A DNA stretch of 63,855 bases, counting the filler, from NCBI GenBank assembly GCA_964501035.1. It is 4 parts of 4 records of this genome, joined end to end, with 100 filler letters (N's around TTAATTAATTAA, not from the genome) between each part and the next. Parts side by side here need not be neighbours in the genome. Positions count along the whole stretch, not along the records: positions 37,796 to 56,276 come from CAZCRK010000030.1; positions 56,377 to 63,855 come from CAZCRK010000068.1; 2 more parts are not named here. One strand, 5' to 3'. The translations under genes were made by a program, and so were the position numbers. This document shows positions 51,425 to 62,369 of the stretch, one piece after another. Below the pieces are notes generated by a model. It did no database searches, had not been told where the DNA came from, and saw only the letters and a list, made by a program, of their open reading frames with translations. Numbering within the stretch: the stretch's first letter is position 1; each line of letters begins with the position of its first letter.

Positions 51425-53941
51425 ATGAATGAACAATTCAAAAAAATGTTTGACCATGAAGGTAAAACAATAAACATTGTTGGAAAACGAAATATAAAAT
51501 TATACAAAGAAGTCTATGAACACTTAAACGATTTACAAACCAAAAAAGCGCTTCCAACTCATGAAAACTACTTAGGTGACAACGAATTAGCTCAAAATAT
51601 TTATGCCAAAAAATACTATCTTAAAAATATGGATAATGAACCAATTGAGGATTGTCCTGAAGATGTATTTAAACGATTGTCAGCATTTGTTGCAACCGTA
51701 GAAGGTGCCAAGTCTAAACAAAAAAAATGGGCTGAAAAATTTTATACTGAACTTTACAACGGACGTTTTATTTCAGGTGGACGAGTATTAGCTGGATCAG
51801 GTGATTTATATCGCTTGAAAACCCTTGCAAATTGCTTTGTGTCAAAAATTCAACAAGATGATATAGATTCCATATATAAGGCTGCATTTGAATGTGCCCG
51901 TACATATTCGTATGGCGGAGGAATAGGTGTAGATATTTCATGCTTGCGACCCAAAGATTCAATCGTACACAATGCTGCTGATAGCTCAACTGGTGCGGTT
52001 TCATTTATGGAACTATATTCTCTGACAACGGGACTAATTGGACAAAGTGGACGCCGTGGTGCATTAATGCTGACTATTGATGTTAAACACCCAGATGTAC
52101 TACACTTTTTGAAAGTGAAGAAAGTACCTAATTGGGTTACAAATCAAATTGTTGAACAATGTAAATGGTCTGGCATGTTCGATGAAAATGAATTAGATAC
52201 CATTAAAAAACAGGTGATGGAAAACACACAAGTCAGGTTTGCAAATATTTCTATCAAAGCAAGTGATGAATTTATGCACGCTGTAGAAGAACAAAAAAAG
52301 TATGGTGATTCTGAGTTTGTGGTGTACAAAAAGAAAAATAAAACTATATTAAACAAAGCCCTTCAGGGCGATAATGACGTGCATTATTCTTCTGGAATTC
52401 CTGCAAAAAATCCTGATGACTATGAGGTAGAACGTACATTTAAAACGTTTGCGTCTCTAAAAGCATGGTTAAAAAAAGAACAGAAATATGACCTTGCAAA
52501 AGCTGATTTTAATGATATCTTTAAACGAGATGTCTTTTGCGATTATATCGTTCCGTTGAAAGATAAAGATTTTGATTTAGCAGTCCGACAATCTGGTGAT
52601 TTTCTGCTCTATTTTGGTAGTGTACAAACCGATGAAGTTCGTGAAAAAGTAAAGGCACGAGATATTTGGGATCAATTTATTGAAGGTAATTATACCACTG
52701 CAGAACCCGGATTGATTTTTTGGACAACTATGAGTAAATATTCTCCATCAAATTATGTGGGTCGCCCAATTATTTGTACCAATCCATGCGCAGAAGTACC
52801 TCTTGAGGATGGAGGAGCGTGCAACTTAGGGTCTATAAATTTATCTCGATTTGTTACGGATGGATTTACTCCATCAGCACGAATCAATTGGGACCAACTT
52901 GCAGAAAGTACAAATATTTTAACACGCTTTCTTGACAATGTGGTTACATGGAATGAAGACCTAAATGCGCTTGAAAAACAACGCTTAGCTGCAAGTGAAA
53001 CACGTCGTCTTGGGCTCGGTGTTATGGGAATTGCCGACATGCTAAACCAACTGGGAGTTGCCTATGATTCAAACGAAGGAATCGATACCACTGGTAAAGT
53101 TATGGAGTTTATAACGAATGCTGCATATCAAGCATCTGCCCTGCTTGCAGGTGAAAAAGGTGTTTCTCCAATATTTAATGAAGACAAATATTTAGAATGT
53201 CCATTTGTAGATGAAGCATTGAGTGCAGAAACAAAATCAGTTATACAAGAAAATGGGCTGCGAAATATTGCAATTATGTCCATTGCTCCCACAGGGTCGA
53301 TTTCCAATATTATATTGAGTTATGATTTAGACGGTCAACATTATATTGGTGTTTCTGGAGGTGTTGAACCCATTTTTGCAACCCATTATACCCGACGCTC
53401 AGAGTCATTTGAGAAAACATTTAAAGTTTTTCATTCAACTATTCAAGCTTATATTGATATGAATAATTTGCAAGATAAAATTGATTCGGCAAATAAGGTA
53501 GAAGATGTATTGCCTGAACATATGAACAGTACTGCCCATAATATTAATCCAGTTAAACGGGTGAACAGCCAAGGGTTAATCCAAAAATTTGTTGACCACA
53601 GCATTTCATCGACAATAAACCTTCCCGAGGATGTAAATCCTGAAACTATATCGGATATTTACCTTCAAGCATGGAAGAAAAAGTTGAAAGGAGTAACCAT
53701 TTATAGGGATGGTAGTCGATTCCCTATTTTAAGTAAAGAAGGTGATTTAACCGAGTTTCAAAAAGCAAAAGAAAAAAATTATAAAATAATGCAGGATGAT
53801 CAAGAAATCATTGTTAATGGTGAAAATATCATCAAGATGCCCGACGGTAGTTTAACAACGGTGTATCATTATCTAAAAAATAGTGATTTAGAAATTGAAG
53901 AAGTATTGTCCAATACAAAATTTGAGGAAATTGAAGTATGA
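51425..53941 (+). CDS. nrdJ: Adenosylcobalamin-dependent (class II) ribonucleotide reductase
   Basis: ANCFV, GGGIG, RRGA, TNPCAE, CNLGSINL, IAPTG, SISSTIN, KGVTIYRDGSR. Confidence 0.9.
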   Translation: MNEQFKKMFDHEGKTINIVGKRNIKLYKEVYEHLNDLQTKKALPTHENYLGDNELAQNIYAKKYYLKNMDNEPIEDCPEDVFKRLSAFVATVEGAKSKQKKWAEKFYTELYNGRFISGGRVLAGSGDLYRLKTLANCFVSKIQQDDIDSIYKAAFECARTYSYGGGIGVDISCLRPKDSIVHNAADSSTGAVSFMELYSLTTGLIGQSGRRGALMLTIDVKHPDVLHFLKVKKVPNWVTNQIVEQCKWSGMFDENELDTIKKQVMENTQVRFANISIKASDEFMHAVEEQKKYGDSEFVVYKKKNKTILNKALQGDNDVHYSSGIPAKNPDDYEVERTFKTFASLKAWLKKEQKYDLAKADFNDIFKRDVFCDYIVPLKDKDFDLAVRQSGDFLLYFGSVQTDEVREKVKARDIWDQFIEGNYTTAEPGLIFWTTMSKYSPSNYVGRPIICTNPCAEVPLEDGGACNLGSINLSRFVTDGFTPSARINWDQLAESTNILTRFLDNVVTWNEDLNALEKQRLAASETRRLGLGVMGIADMLNQLGVAYDSNEGIDTTGKVMEFITNAAYQASALLAGEKGVSPIFNEDKYLECPFVDEALSAETKSVIQENGLRNIAIMSIAPTGSISNIILSYDLDGQHYIGVSGGVEPIFATHYTRRSESFEKTFKVFHSTIQAYIDMNNLQDKIDSANKVEDVLPEHMNSTAHNINPVKRVNSQGLIQKFVDHSISSTINLPEDVNPETISDIYLQAWKKKLKGVTIYRDGSRFPILSKEGDLTEFQKAKEKNYKIMQDDQEIIVNGENIIKMPDGSLTTVYHYLKNSDLEIEEVLSNTKFEEIEV

Positions 53942-54582
53942 TAAAATTATCAAAAGATACAAAATTTGTTGAAGTTGCCGAAGAAATTGCTAAGCAACCA
54001 ACAACCAAAAAACCACCGGCTCAACCGCATAATGGTTCAGCGATCCGCCCAGATGTTGTCGATGCAAAAGTATATAAATTAAAAAGCGCATTTGTGAAAA
54101 ACTCGGTGTTTATTACATTGAGTTATATCAATTACAACGGACAAATCCGACCAATTGAAATTTTTATTAATTCAAAAGATTTAACCCGTGCACCTGAATA
54201 TGTGGTTTTAACCCGATTAATTTCAGCCATTTTTAGAAGGGCAACAGACCCCATGTTTATTTTGGAAGAATTACAGGGTATTTTTGATCCCAATGGTGGG
54301 TCATTTAAAGAAGGAAAATATTACCATTCATTTTATGCTGAAATTGCAGATGTTATTGAACGCTTCTTTTACGATGTAAAAATTGTTGCTCGACCCGATG
54401 AAATGCCGGTTCAAGATAATGGTGAAGGACCATCTGAAATTAGTCAAAGTAACGATGGTGATGTTGAAGAAAACTCTGTGTTTAGAATTTGCCCCGAATG
54501 TAATGAACGCACACTAAAAACTGAAAATGGATGCGATTCATGTGTGGCGGCAAAATGCGGATATAGCAAATGTGATAAATGA
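53938..54582 (+). CDS. NrdJ-associated subunit (TSCPD-like domain + C-terminal zinc ribbon)
   Basis: PIEIFINSK, TRLISAIFR, CPEC...GCDSC..KCGYSKC; ATGA-coupled to nrdJ. Confidence 0.8.
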   Translation: MIKLSKDTKFVEVAEEIAKQPTTKKPPAQPHNGSAIRPDVVDAKVYKLKSAFVKNSVFITLSYINYNGQIRPIEIFINSKDLTRAPEYVVLTRLISAIFRRATDPMFILEELQGIFDPNGGSFKEGKYYHSFYAEIADVIERFFYDVKIVARPDEMPVQDNGEGPSEISQSNDGDVEENSVFRICPECNERTLKTENGCDSCVAAKCGYSKCDK

Positions 54583-54608
54583 GATTTGTTAAATCTCAAG
54601 TGATGTCT

Positions 54609-54636
54609 AAAAAAGCCCCGTTAACGGGGCTTTTTT
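54609..54636. terminator. Bidirectional terminator
   Basis: AAAAAAGCCCCG-TTAA-CGGGGCTTTTTT between convergent genes. Confidence 0.88.
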
Positions 54637-55583
54637 TATAGCTTAGAAAATGAATCTGTATATTCTATCAGCTTGGAAGCAATACCTTCTTCGGTCATTG
54701 AATGACCCGCATCCTGAATAATATGAAAATCTGATTCGGGGAATTTTTGATGTAAATCCCATGCCGAAGTCATGGGACATACTACATCATATCGCCCCTG
54801 AACAATGACGCTTGGAATATGTCGAATTGCATCAATATTTTCTAGTAACCATTCATCGGTTTCAAAAAAACCGCGATTGATAAAATAATGGCATTCAATA
54901 CGGGCAAATGCTTCTGCTACATCCGTATCTTCAAAATGGTGCAAGTAATTATTGCTCTGATACAATTTGCTCGTTGAAGCTTCCCAAATTGACCATGCTT
55001 TGGCGGCCTTAATCCTAGTTTGTTTATCCGAAGCAGTTAATCGTTTATAGTATGATGCAACTAAACTATGTTGCTCTTCTTTTGGTATAGGTGCTAAATA
55101 ATGTTCCCAGGCATCGGGATAAATAAACGACGCACCTTCTTGATAAAACCAGTGAATTTCTTTTTGCCGTAACATGAAAATTCCACGTAGAATGAGCCCC
55201 TTACAACGGTCAGGGTGAGTGATAGCATAACTAAGCGACAACGTTGAACCCCAACTTCCGCCAAATACTACCCATGTTTCAATATTAAGATATTCCCTAA
55301 TTTTTTCAATATCAGATACCAAATCCCATGTGGTGTTTTCACGTAATTCAGCATGGGGTGTACTTTGCCCACAACCCCGTTGGTCAAATATAATAATTCG
55401 CCATTTTTCCGGATCAAAATACTGGCGATACACCGGCTCAATCCCACCACCCGGACCACCATGTAAAAATATTACGGGTTTACCTTCTGGGTTTCCCGAT
55501 TCTTCCACATGGATAGTGTGTAAGTTCGAAACCTGCAATTTGAATTGATTAAATGGTTTAATCTCTGGATATAATGATTTCAA
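54636..55583 (-). CDS. pip: Proline iminopeptidase
   Basis: LHGGPG, DQRGCG, GGSWG, QGRYD, AGHS. Confidence 0.93.
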   Translation of the reverse strand: MKSLYPEIKPFNQFKLQVSNLHTIHVEESGNPEGKPVIFLHGGPGGGIEPVYRQYFDPEKWRIIIFDQRGCGQSTPHAELRENTTWDLVSDIEKIREYLNIETWVVFGGSWGSTLSLSYAITHPDRCKGLILRGIFMLRQKEIHWFYQEGASFIYPDAWEHYLAPIPKEEQHSLVASYYKRLTASDKQTRIKAAKAWSIWEASTSKLYQSNNYLHHFEDTDVAEAFARIECHYFINRGFFETDEWLLENIDAIRHIPSVIVQGRYDVVCPMTSAWDLHQKFPESDFHIIQDAGHSMTEEGIASKLIEYTDSFSKL

Positions 55584-55597
55584 CTTTCTGTACCTCT

Positions 55598-56245
55598 TTA
55601 TAAAATATAATGTTTTAATTTATTAAATAATTCATGGGTGGCAACTACATCACGCATAACATATGCTTCAACTGCATCAATATTGCCTGCATCAAACGCT
55701 TTTGCAACGGTATCACCCTTCACTTCACCCTCTTTGGGAGATGCAATTCCAAATGACCTGCACGCAATATCCATACTCACGGAATTATAGCTATTCCAAT
55801 TGCATAAATACATCATCACATCAATATGACTTTTATACGAAAATCGCCGTAAATCACTAAACACTTTATTGGTAATATCAATACCATAATGGCCTCCACG
55901 CACCAATAAAAATGGAATATCAAACCCCATGCCATTATAGTGAACAAATCGTGTGTTACGTGACAGTTTATTTACAATATCAAAGAAACTCTGCAATGTA
56001 TCTTCTTCTGTTTGTTCACACACCACCTTATCTTTTGTTTGACCATCATCTGTTAAGAAACGAAGCCCAATACACAATACTTGTCCAAAAAAAGGTGATG
56101 TTGACCGAATTAAGGACTCTGCATTTTCGGGGTCATCTCCGGTTCGCTCTATTCGAGCCTGTGTTTTTTGTGAAATGACTGCCTCCACCTCATCGTCAAT
56201 GGGCGGTCGTGGGATAGTTTCAATATCCAAAATAAGATATGCCAT
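55598..56245 (-). CDS. Stand-alone PolB-like 3'-5' exonuclease (DEDD)
   Basis: LDIET, YNG.GFDIPFL, HID, Y..RDV. Confidence 0.8.
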   Translation of the reverse strand: MAYLILDIETIPRPPIDDEVEAVISQKTQARIERTGDDPENAESLIRSTSPFFGQVLCIGLRFLTDDGQTKDKVVCEQTEEDTLQSFFDIVNKLSRNTRFVHYNGMGFDIPFLLVRGGHYGIDITNKVFSDLRRFSYKSHIDVMMYLCNWNSYNSVSMDIACRSFGIASPKEGEVKGDTVAKAFDAGNIDAVEAYVMRDVVATHELFNKLKHYIL

Positions 56246-56276
56246 GTATTCTCCTTAAAATTGTATTGTTATGAAT

Positions 56277-56376
56277 NNNNNNNNNNNNNNNNNNNNNNNN
56301 NNNNNNNNNNNNNNNNNNNNTTAATTAATTAANNNNNNNNNNNNNNNNNNNNNNNNNNNNNNNNNNNNNNNNNNNN
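56277..56376. other. Artificial contig spacer
   Basis: N run with TTAATTAATTAA. Confidence 0.95.
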
Positions 56377-56533
56377 AATATTCTTAAAAATATTGACATA
56401 AACTTACTTGAAGTTCTTTCAATTATCAAAACATTCTATTTTAAATAATTCAGAGTATTATTTTGTTTATAATTAGTCTTATGATTAAATTTTGGGTCTT
56501 AATTATTTGATAAATAAAGGAAATTTATATTTT

Positions 56534-56782
56534 ATGGGTGCAAAAGGGTCAGTGTTAAAGAGGGTTCGCCAATCTGTTAAAGCGAATATCCGAAACAAAC
56601 ATTATAAAACAATGATGAAAACTGCTATAAAAAAAGTAGAAAGTTCTAATAAGAAAGATGCTTCAGAAAATTTAAAAAATGCTATATCGGTGATTGATAA
56701 AGTTGCATCTAAAAGGGTTATTCATAAAAATAAAGCGAATAACAAAAAATCTCAATTAGCGAAGCATGTAAATAGTTTATAG
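56534..56782 (+). CDS. rpsT: 30S ribosomal protein S20
   Basis: KRVRQS...RN...KT.MKTAIKK, IDKVASKRVIHKNKA. Confidence 0.93.
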   Translation: MGAKGSVLKRVRQSVKANIRNKHYKTMMKTAIKKVESSNKKDASENLKNAISVIDKVASKRVIHKNKANNKKSQLAKHVNSL

Positions 56783-56804
56783 TAGAAAATTTGAATGTAA
56801 AATT

Positions 56805-56831
56805 AAAAGGGGCTATTTGGCCCCTTTTTTT
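56805..56831. terminator. Bidirectional terminator
   Basis: AAAAGGGGCTA-TT-TGGCCCCTTTTTTT. Confidence 0.8.
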
Positions 56832-56848
56832 ATTCTATGAATTTTTTG

Positions 56849-58309
56849 TTATTTCAAGGGTTTTCTGTAATTTGGAGACTCTTTGGTAATATTAATATCA
56901 TGTGGATGACTTTCAACTACACCAGAACCAGTAATTTTAACAAATCGAACCACATCCTTTAAATTGGTTACTTGTTTTGCTCCACAATATCCAAGCGAAG
57001 AACGAATGCCTCCCACAATTTGATGAATCGTTGATTTCACAGGTCCTTTGTATGGTACCATTCCTTCAATTCCTTCAGGGACAAGTTTGGTAGCTTCTGT
57101 ACCGTGTTGAAAATATCTATCCTTACTACCCTCTCGCATTGCAGCAATTGATCCCATTCCACGATATGATTTAAAACTTCTGCCTTCCCAAAGAATAACT
57201 TCACCTGGGCTTTCATCGGTACCCGCAAAAATACTCCCAAGCATTGCAGTGTTTGCGCCAGCAGCAAAAGATTTTGAAATATCACCTGAATACCGCATAC
57301 CGCCATCAGATATTATTGGAATATTATGTTTGTTTGCAACTTCATATGCGTCCATAACTGCAGTTAACTGAGGAACCCCTACACCTGCAATGATTCGAGT
57401 AGTACAACTTGAGCCTGCACCAATCCCTACTTTAACAGTATCAACTCCAGCATCAATAAGGGCTTTAGTCCCATCCGAAGTTGCAACATTTCCTGCAATT
57501 ACATCTAACGAAGAATATCGTTTTTTAATTTGAGAGACAGTATCAAGTACACCTTGTGAATGACCATGCGCTGTATCAACAACAATAACATCTACATTTG
57601 CATCGACTAATCCACTCACCCTATCTAATGAATCTTCTCCAACACCAACTGCGGCTGCAACCAATAAACGACCATGTTTATCAGTGGCTGCATTGGGAAA
57701 ATTTTCCTTCTTCAAAATATCTTTAACTGTGATAAGTCCACATAAGGCACCTTTTTCATTTACAACAAGTAACTTTTCTATTCTGTGTTCTTGCAATACT
57801 ATTTTGGCTTCTTCTAATGTAGTTCCTCTTCGAACAGTTATCAAATTTTTGCTTGTCATTCGAGATGAAACTGGTAAATCCAAATTGGTTTCAAAACGAA
57901 TATCACGATTGGTTAAAATTCCGATTAATATTCCATCATCAACGACGGGTACTCCAGAAATTTTAAAATTTGCCATTATCTCTAAAGCGGATTGAATAGA
58001 TTTATCTGAAGAAATTGTAATAGGGTCTAAAATCATTCCACTTTCTGAACGCTTAACCTTATCCACTTCTTTTGATTGATTCTCAATAGATAAATTTTTA
58101 TGAATAACCCCTATTCCACCTTCACGAGCCATAGAAATTGCCATTTGACTTTCTGTAACGGTATCCATTGCGGCACTTATCAGTGGAATATTTAAATTAA
58201 TATTGTTCGTTAACTTTGAAATTAAATTTACTTCTCTTGGTAATATTGATGAATGATTAGGCATCATCAACACATCATCAAATGTTAACCCATCTTTAAA
58301 ATTAGTCAT
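56849..58309 (-). CDS. guaB: IMP dehydrogenase
   Basis: [17 protein letters not shown] pair, [17 protein letters not shown]. Confidence 0.96.
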   Translation of the reverse strand: MTNFKDGLTFDDVLMMPNHSSILPREVNLISKLTNNINLNIPLISAAMDTVTESQMAISMAREGGIGVIHKNLSIENQSKEVDKVKRSESGMILDPITISSDKSIQSALEIMANFKISGVPVVDDGILIGILTNRDIRFETNLDLPVSSRMTSKNLITVRRGTTLEEAKIVLQEHRIEKLLVVNEKGALCGLITVKDILKKENFPNAATDKHGRLLVAAAVGVGEDSLDRVSGLVDANVDVIVVDTAHGHSQGVLDTVSQIKKRYSSLDVIAGNVATSDGTKALIDAGVDTVKVGIGAGSSCTTRIIAGVGVPQLTAVMDAYEVANKHNIPIISDGGMRYSGDISKSFAAGANTAMLGSIFAGTDESPGEVILWEGRSFKSYRGMGSIAAMREGSKDRYFQHGTEATKLVPEGIEGMVPYKGPVKSTIHQIVGGIRSSLGYCGAKQVTNLKDVVRFVKITGSGVVESHPHDINITKESPNYRKPLK

Positions 58310-59834
58310 AATTTATTCCTATTAATTTATGGTTAATTAAACCTGTAATTTTTCCTTCTTCAATCAATTTTACAACTAAATTTATATCTTCTTGCATAAG
58401 TCTATCAGTAGATAAATATTCAACATTTTCCCGAATTTTGTCATAAACAGGTTGCAATAGCTTTGCAGGTTTAAGACCATTTCTGAAGTCAATAGCCTGA
58501 CAGGATGATAACATTTCAATTGCAAATATTTTTTGAATATTTTGAACAATCATCCAAAGTTTTCGTCCAGCCCAAGGTGCCATGCTTACATGATCCTCCT
58601 GTCCAGCTCCTGTTGGAATACTATCTACTGTAGATGGCATGGATAGTGTTTTGTTTTCAGATGCAATTGATGCTGAGGTTACTTGTAAAATCATAAAACC
58701 AGAATTTACACCCGGATTTTCTACCAAAAATGGTGGAAGGTCAAATTCTCCATTTACTAAAGTATAAATCCTACGTTCACTAATTGTGCCTAGCTCGGTT
58801 AGAGCAATTGCTGCAATATCCATAGCTTGACCTACGGCTTCTGCATGAAATTGTCCTGCAGATACAACATCATTTTCTTCAACAAAAACCAATGGATTAT
58901 CACTAACTGAGTTTACTTCCGTTTCAATAATTTGTCTAAATGTTTTTAAAACTTCTCTCGAAGCTCCATGCACCTGAGGCATACATCTCAAGCTGTACAT
59001 ATCTTGCACTCGTGAGCAATTTTTATGTGAATTGTTAATTTCACTATTTTGCAATAAAGTTATCAAATTTTCAGCACACTCTATCTGACCCAAATGAGGT
59101 TTTATTTTATGGATTTTTTGCTCAAATGGTTTAGAGGAACCTTTGAGACCTTCCAAAGACATTGCACCGCAAATATCAGCAATTGTAACTAGACTATCAA
59201 TATGATACGCGTTTAGAACTCCATAAGCTGTTGAAAATTGTGTTCCATTTATTAATGCAAGACCTTCTTTGTAGCTTAACTCAATTGGGGAAAGGCTAAC
59301 TTTTTGTAAAGCGTCCTTTGCTTTAATAATTTTACCATTATGTTTTACATTTCCTAGTCCTAATAATGGCAATGTCATATGTGCTAATGGTGCTAAATCA
59401 CCGCTAGCGCCAACAGATCCTTGGCTCGGTACGATGGGAAGTATATCATTATTTATCAAATTTATCAAACCTTCTACAACAAGAGGACGTACACCACTAT
59501 TCCCCTTAGAGAATGAAATGATTTTGAGAATCATCATTAATTTAACAATATTATCTTGAACAGGTTTGCCAACCCCTACAGCATGTGATAAAATCAAATT
59601 CTCCTGTAACTGTACTATTTCATCTTGTTCAATTTTAACTTGACTGAGTTTGCCAAAACCAGTATTTACTCCATAAATAGTTTTACCTTGAGATACTAAA
59701 TTCTCAAGAACATCTCGTGATTTATTTAAATTTGAAATTACTGTATCTGACAGGGATAATTGAGATCTATCCTGTAAAATTTGATACACCTCTGACAAGT
59801 GGTAATGTTTGTCATCAATAATAAAATGTTTCAA
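58302..59834 (-). CDS. hutH: Histidine ammonia-lyase
   Basis: YGVNTGFG, GASGDLAPL (MIO), QDMYSLRC.PQVHG, QEDHVSM. Confidence 0.93.
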   Translation of the reverse strand: MKHFIIDDKHYHLSEVYQILQDRSQLSLSDTVISNLNKSRDVLENLVSQGKTIYGVNTGFGKLSQVKIEQDEIVQLQENLILSHAVGVGKPVQDNIVKLMMILKIISFSKGNSGVRPLVVEGLINLINNDILPIVPSQGSVGASGDLAPLAHMTLPLLGLGNVKHNGKIIKAKDALQKVSLSPIELSYKEGLALINGTQFSTAYGVLNAYHIDSLVTIADICGAMSLEGLKGSSKPFEQKIHKIKPHLGQIECAENLITLLQNSEINNSHKNCSRVQDMYSLRCMPQVHGASREVLKTFRQIIETEVNSVSDNPLVFVEENDVVSAGQFHAEAVGQAMDIAAIALTELGTISERRIYTLVNGEFDLPPFLVENPGVNSGFMILQVTSASIASENKTLSMPSTVDSIPTGAGQEDHVSMAPWAGRKLWMIVQNIQKIFAIEMLSSCQAIDFRNGLKPAKLLQPVYDKIRENVEYLSTDRLMQEDINLVVKLIEEGKITGLINHKLIGINYD

Positions 59835-60086
59835 TCAACTTCCTTGCACTTTTGATAAATTATTGGATTAGACAAATATGAACCTAATTTATTTTGCAAA
59901 TCATTGATTTTTTACATTTACAAACTATCTTCTTTGCATAAACTGTTACTTAACATCTGGTACAACTTTTGGGGGGAAGGTCATAACCACACATTATCTA
60001 ATTTGTCCAACACTATAAAAAGCACCCATTTCTGAATGTTCTTTACTGATACATTTATTATTTAAAATCTTCATATTATATAAATA

Positions 60087-60118
60087 AACAAACGGTCCCG
60101 AAATCGAGACCGTTTGTT
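60087..60118 (-). terminator. Terminator after the lamin-tail-domain gene
   Basis: AACAAACGGTC..GACCGTTTGTT inverted repeat. Confidence 0.75.
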
Positions 60119-60144
60119 CTTTACAGGAGGAGTAACTAATATAA

Positions 60145-61717
60145 TTATTTTAACAACATCACTCTTTGAGATTTTATAACATTTTCAACTTGAGTTGAAA
60201 TAAAATAAACCCCACTGGATACATTACTTGCATCCCAATTAAAATGATATACATTAGCACTCATATTGCCTTCGGCAATGATTGAAACTAATTCACCCAT
60301 TACATTATATACTTTGATTGATACATCTGAAGCATTATCTAATGTTAACGAAATAGTTGTTGTTGGATTAAATGGATTTGGATACGCAGGTTTAATACTA
60401 AATCCATCTACATGTGTAACATCTAACACTGATGCAGAACCATCTACAGCAATAATTTCATCAGTATTATCAAACGTAAATGATGAAGTTTCAAGTAAAC
60501 CATTCATATTATACACAATGGTCAATCCATCTTTAGAAGCGACAATGTCATTACCAATTACTGATGAAATCAGATTGCCATTAACTTGTAAACCACCAAC
60601 ATTTTGTACATGTAAAGTGTTATTTTCAATTTCACAAGTACCTTCTGCTCGTGCTACATTTCCAAGTATTTCATTCACAATGCTAATAATGTCAACAACA
60701 TTAACAATTGTATCATTATTATAATCTGCTGCAGATAAATTACATTCATCTGTAATTGGATTATTGCCAAGAATATGATTTACTATAGATACTATATCTT
60801 GTACATTTAGAATAGTATCACAATTCACGTCACCTGGTTCGCATTCACAAAGTCCAGTAATCACATTTTCAGCTCCTGGAGTTGGTGTTGTTGAAGCTAC
60901 ATAATCACCATCAACTAAGTTAGCTGTAACATCATCATAATCAAATGAATCATCATATTCATAAGAAATAACAACATTACCATCTGCATCGATAACTGTT
61001 ATGCCATCACCGCCTCCACCTAGTTTTTGATCAACTTGTGGCCAACCATCAGGTTCACCTGTATACCAAGCTACCAAATATCCACCTGCTGGGATAACTG
61101 TACCATCAGCTGCAAATGTGAAATCTCCTGCATCTGTATGATCATCTGAAAATCCCCAACCTGAAATATCTAAATCTTCTGATTCAGGATTGTACAGCTC
61201 GATAAAGTCAACACCTTCGCCATATAGGTCTGCACCACAGCAAAGTTCACTACTTGCTAAAAACTCATTTAAAACTACAGTGTAAACTACTGGGTATTCA
61301 CAAGTACCATCATCCACATTTGCTGTTTCATCATAGTTTGTTGCATCAGGATCCATGCAACCAAATACAAGTCCAGTAATCACATTTTCTTCACCTGGAG
61401 TTGGAGTTGCTGAAGCTACATAACCACCTTCAACTAAGTTAGCTGTAACATCATCATAATCAAATGAATCATCATATTCATAAGNNNNNNNNNNNNNNNN
61501 NNNNNNNNNNNNNNNNNNNNNNNNNNNNNNNNNNNNNNNNNNNNNNNNNNNNNNNNNNNNNNNNNNNNNNNNNNNNNNNNNNNNCTTCACCATAAAGATC
61601 AGAACCACAGCAAAGTTCACTACTTGCTAAAAATTCATTAACTAATAATGTTGGAGTTTGACTGAAAGCAAGTGTTGCAAACAGACAAAATACGAATAAT
61701 CCCATTATTTTTTTCAT
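60145..61717 (-). CDS. Secreted protein: signal peptide, at least two lamin-tail-like domains, GCMDxxAxNY linker, dockerin, C-terminal sorting domain (spans the N gap)
   Basis: ORF 61478-61717 gives the signal and start of repeat 1 (NEFLASSELCCG). ORF 60145-61620 gives the rest: DFIELYNP...DISGW.FSD...TPTPG.EN, GDVNCDTILNVQDIV / ADYNNDTIVNVVDII, YPNPFNP...SGVYF...MLLK. Confidence 0.8.
60852..61640 (-). repeat. Intragenic tandem repeat, 519-nt period
   Basis: 60852-60965 matches 61371-61484, and 61215-61270 matches 61585-61640. Confidence 0.85.
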
Positions 61718-62013
61718 TATAGTCTCCTTTTTTACTATTTTACCTTATTATCTTATTTTATGTAATAAAAACCATCCACTTCAGAAAGACATTTCAATAT
61801 AAACCATATTTTGTTTCCTTAAACAGTTTTGTACATTAAATTTTATTCATCTTCTTCATCTACTCCTAGTAATTGATCAAACTCAGAATCAACATCTACA
61901 TTTGTTATACTTCCGTATTTTAGATAGGTTTTATCCATTATATTTGTTCTTCTGTAAGTTTATCCTATATTTCGTTTGAAATCTATATATTATAGTTTTT
62001 ATTATGATATTCA

Positions 62014-62190
62014 TCAATCCTCTCCCCATAATCCAAACCAATCACCAAGCATCCAACCAATCCCAAGTGATACAATCAAATCAAGTAAATCTGCATCACA
62101 ATTGGGACAAGAAGGTCTTTCTCCTTCGTAATACACAAAGTCTTGATTGCAGGATGAACAGGTTACTAATTGTGTGTTTTTACTACTCAT
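62014..62190 (-). CDS. Small zinc-ribbon protein with hydrophobic C-terminal tail (58 aa, absent from ORF track)
   Basis: MSSKNTQLVTCSSCNQDFVYYEGERPSCPNCDADLLDLIVSLGIGWMLGDWFGLWGED. Confidence 0.65.
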   Translation of the reverse strand: MSSKNTQLVTCSSCNQDFVYYEGERPSCPNCDADLLDLIVSLGIGWMLGDWFGLWGED

Positions 62191-62369
62191 TCAAAATAGA
62201 TTTCTGCAATTGCATTGCAAGTTTATCCGAAAAATTATCAACCCATTTTGTCTCATATCATCTGACTGGTTTCACTGACTATAATTATATGCATTATTTT
62301 GTTTCCTTAATGTTTTTGTTCTTCAAATTTAAAACCATTTTCAATATACTAATATAGAATTGTAATTAA

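Noticed and set aside
52290..52640. Intein or intron in nrdJ
   Set aside because: No Cys/Ser start with His-Asn end, no endonuclease motif, and the frame is uninterrupted.
60266..60724. This and the many other short antisense or nested ORFs in the track
   Set aside because: Shadows of well-supported genes on the other strand or frame.
62004..62357. 117-aa plus-strand ORF
   Set aside because: No recognisable features; the opposite strand encodes a more convincing zinc-ribbon protein.
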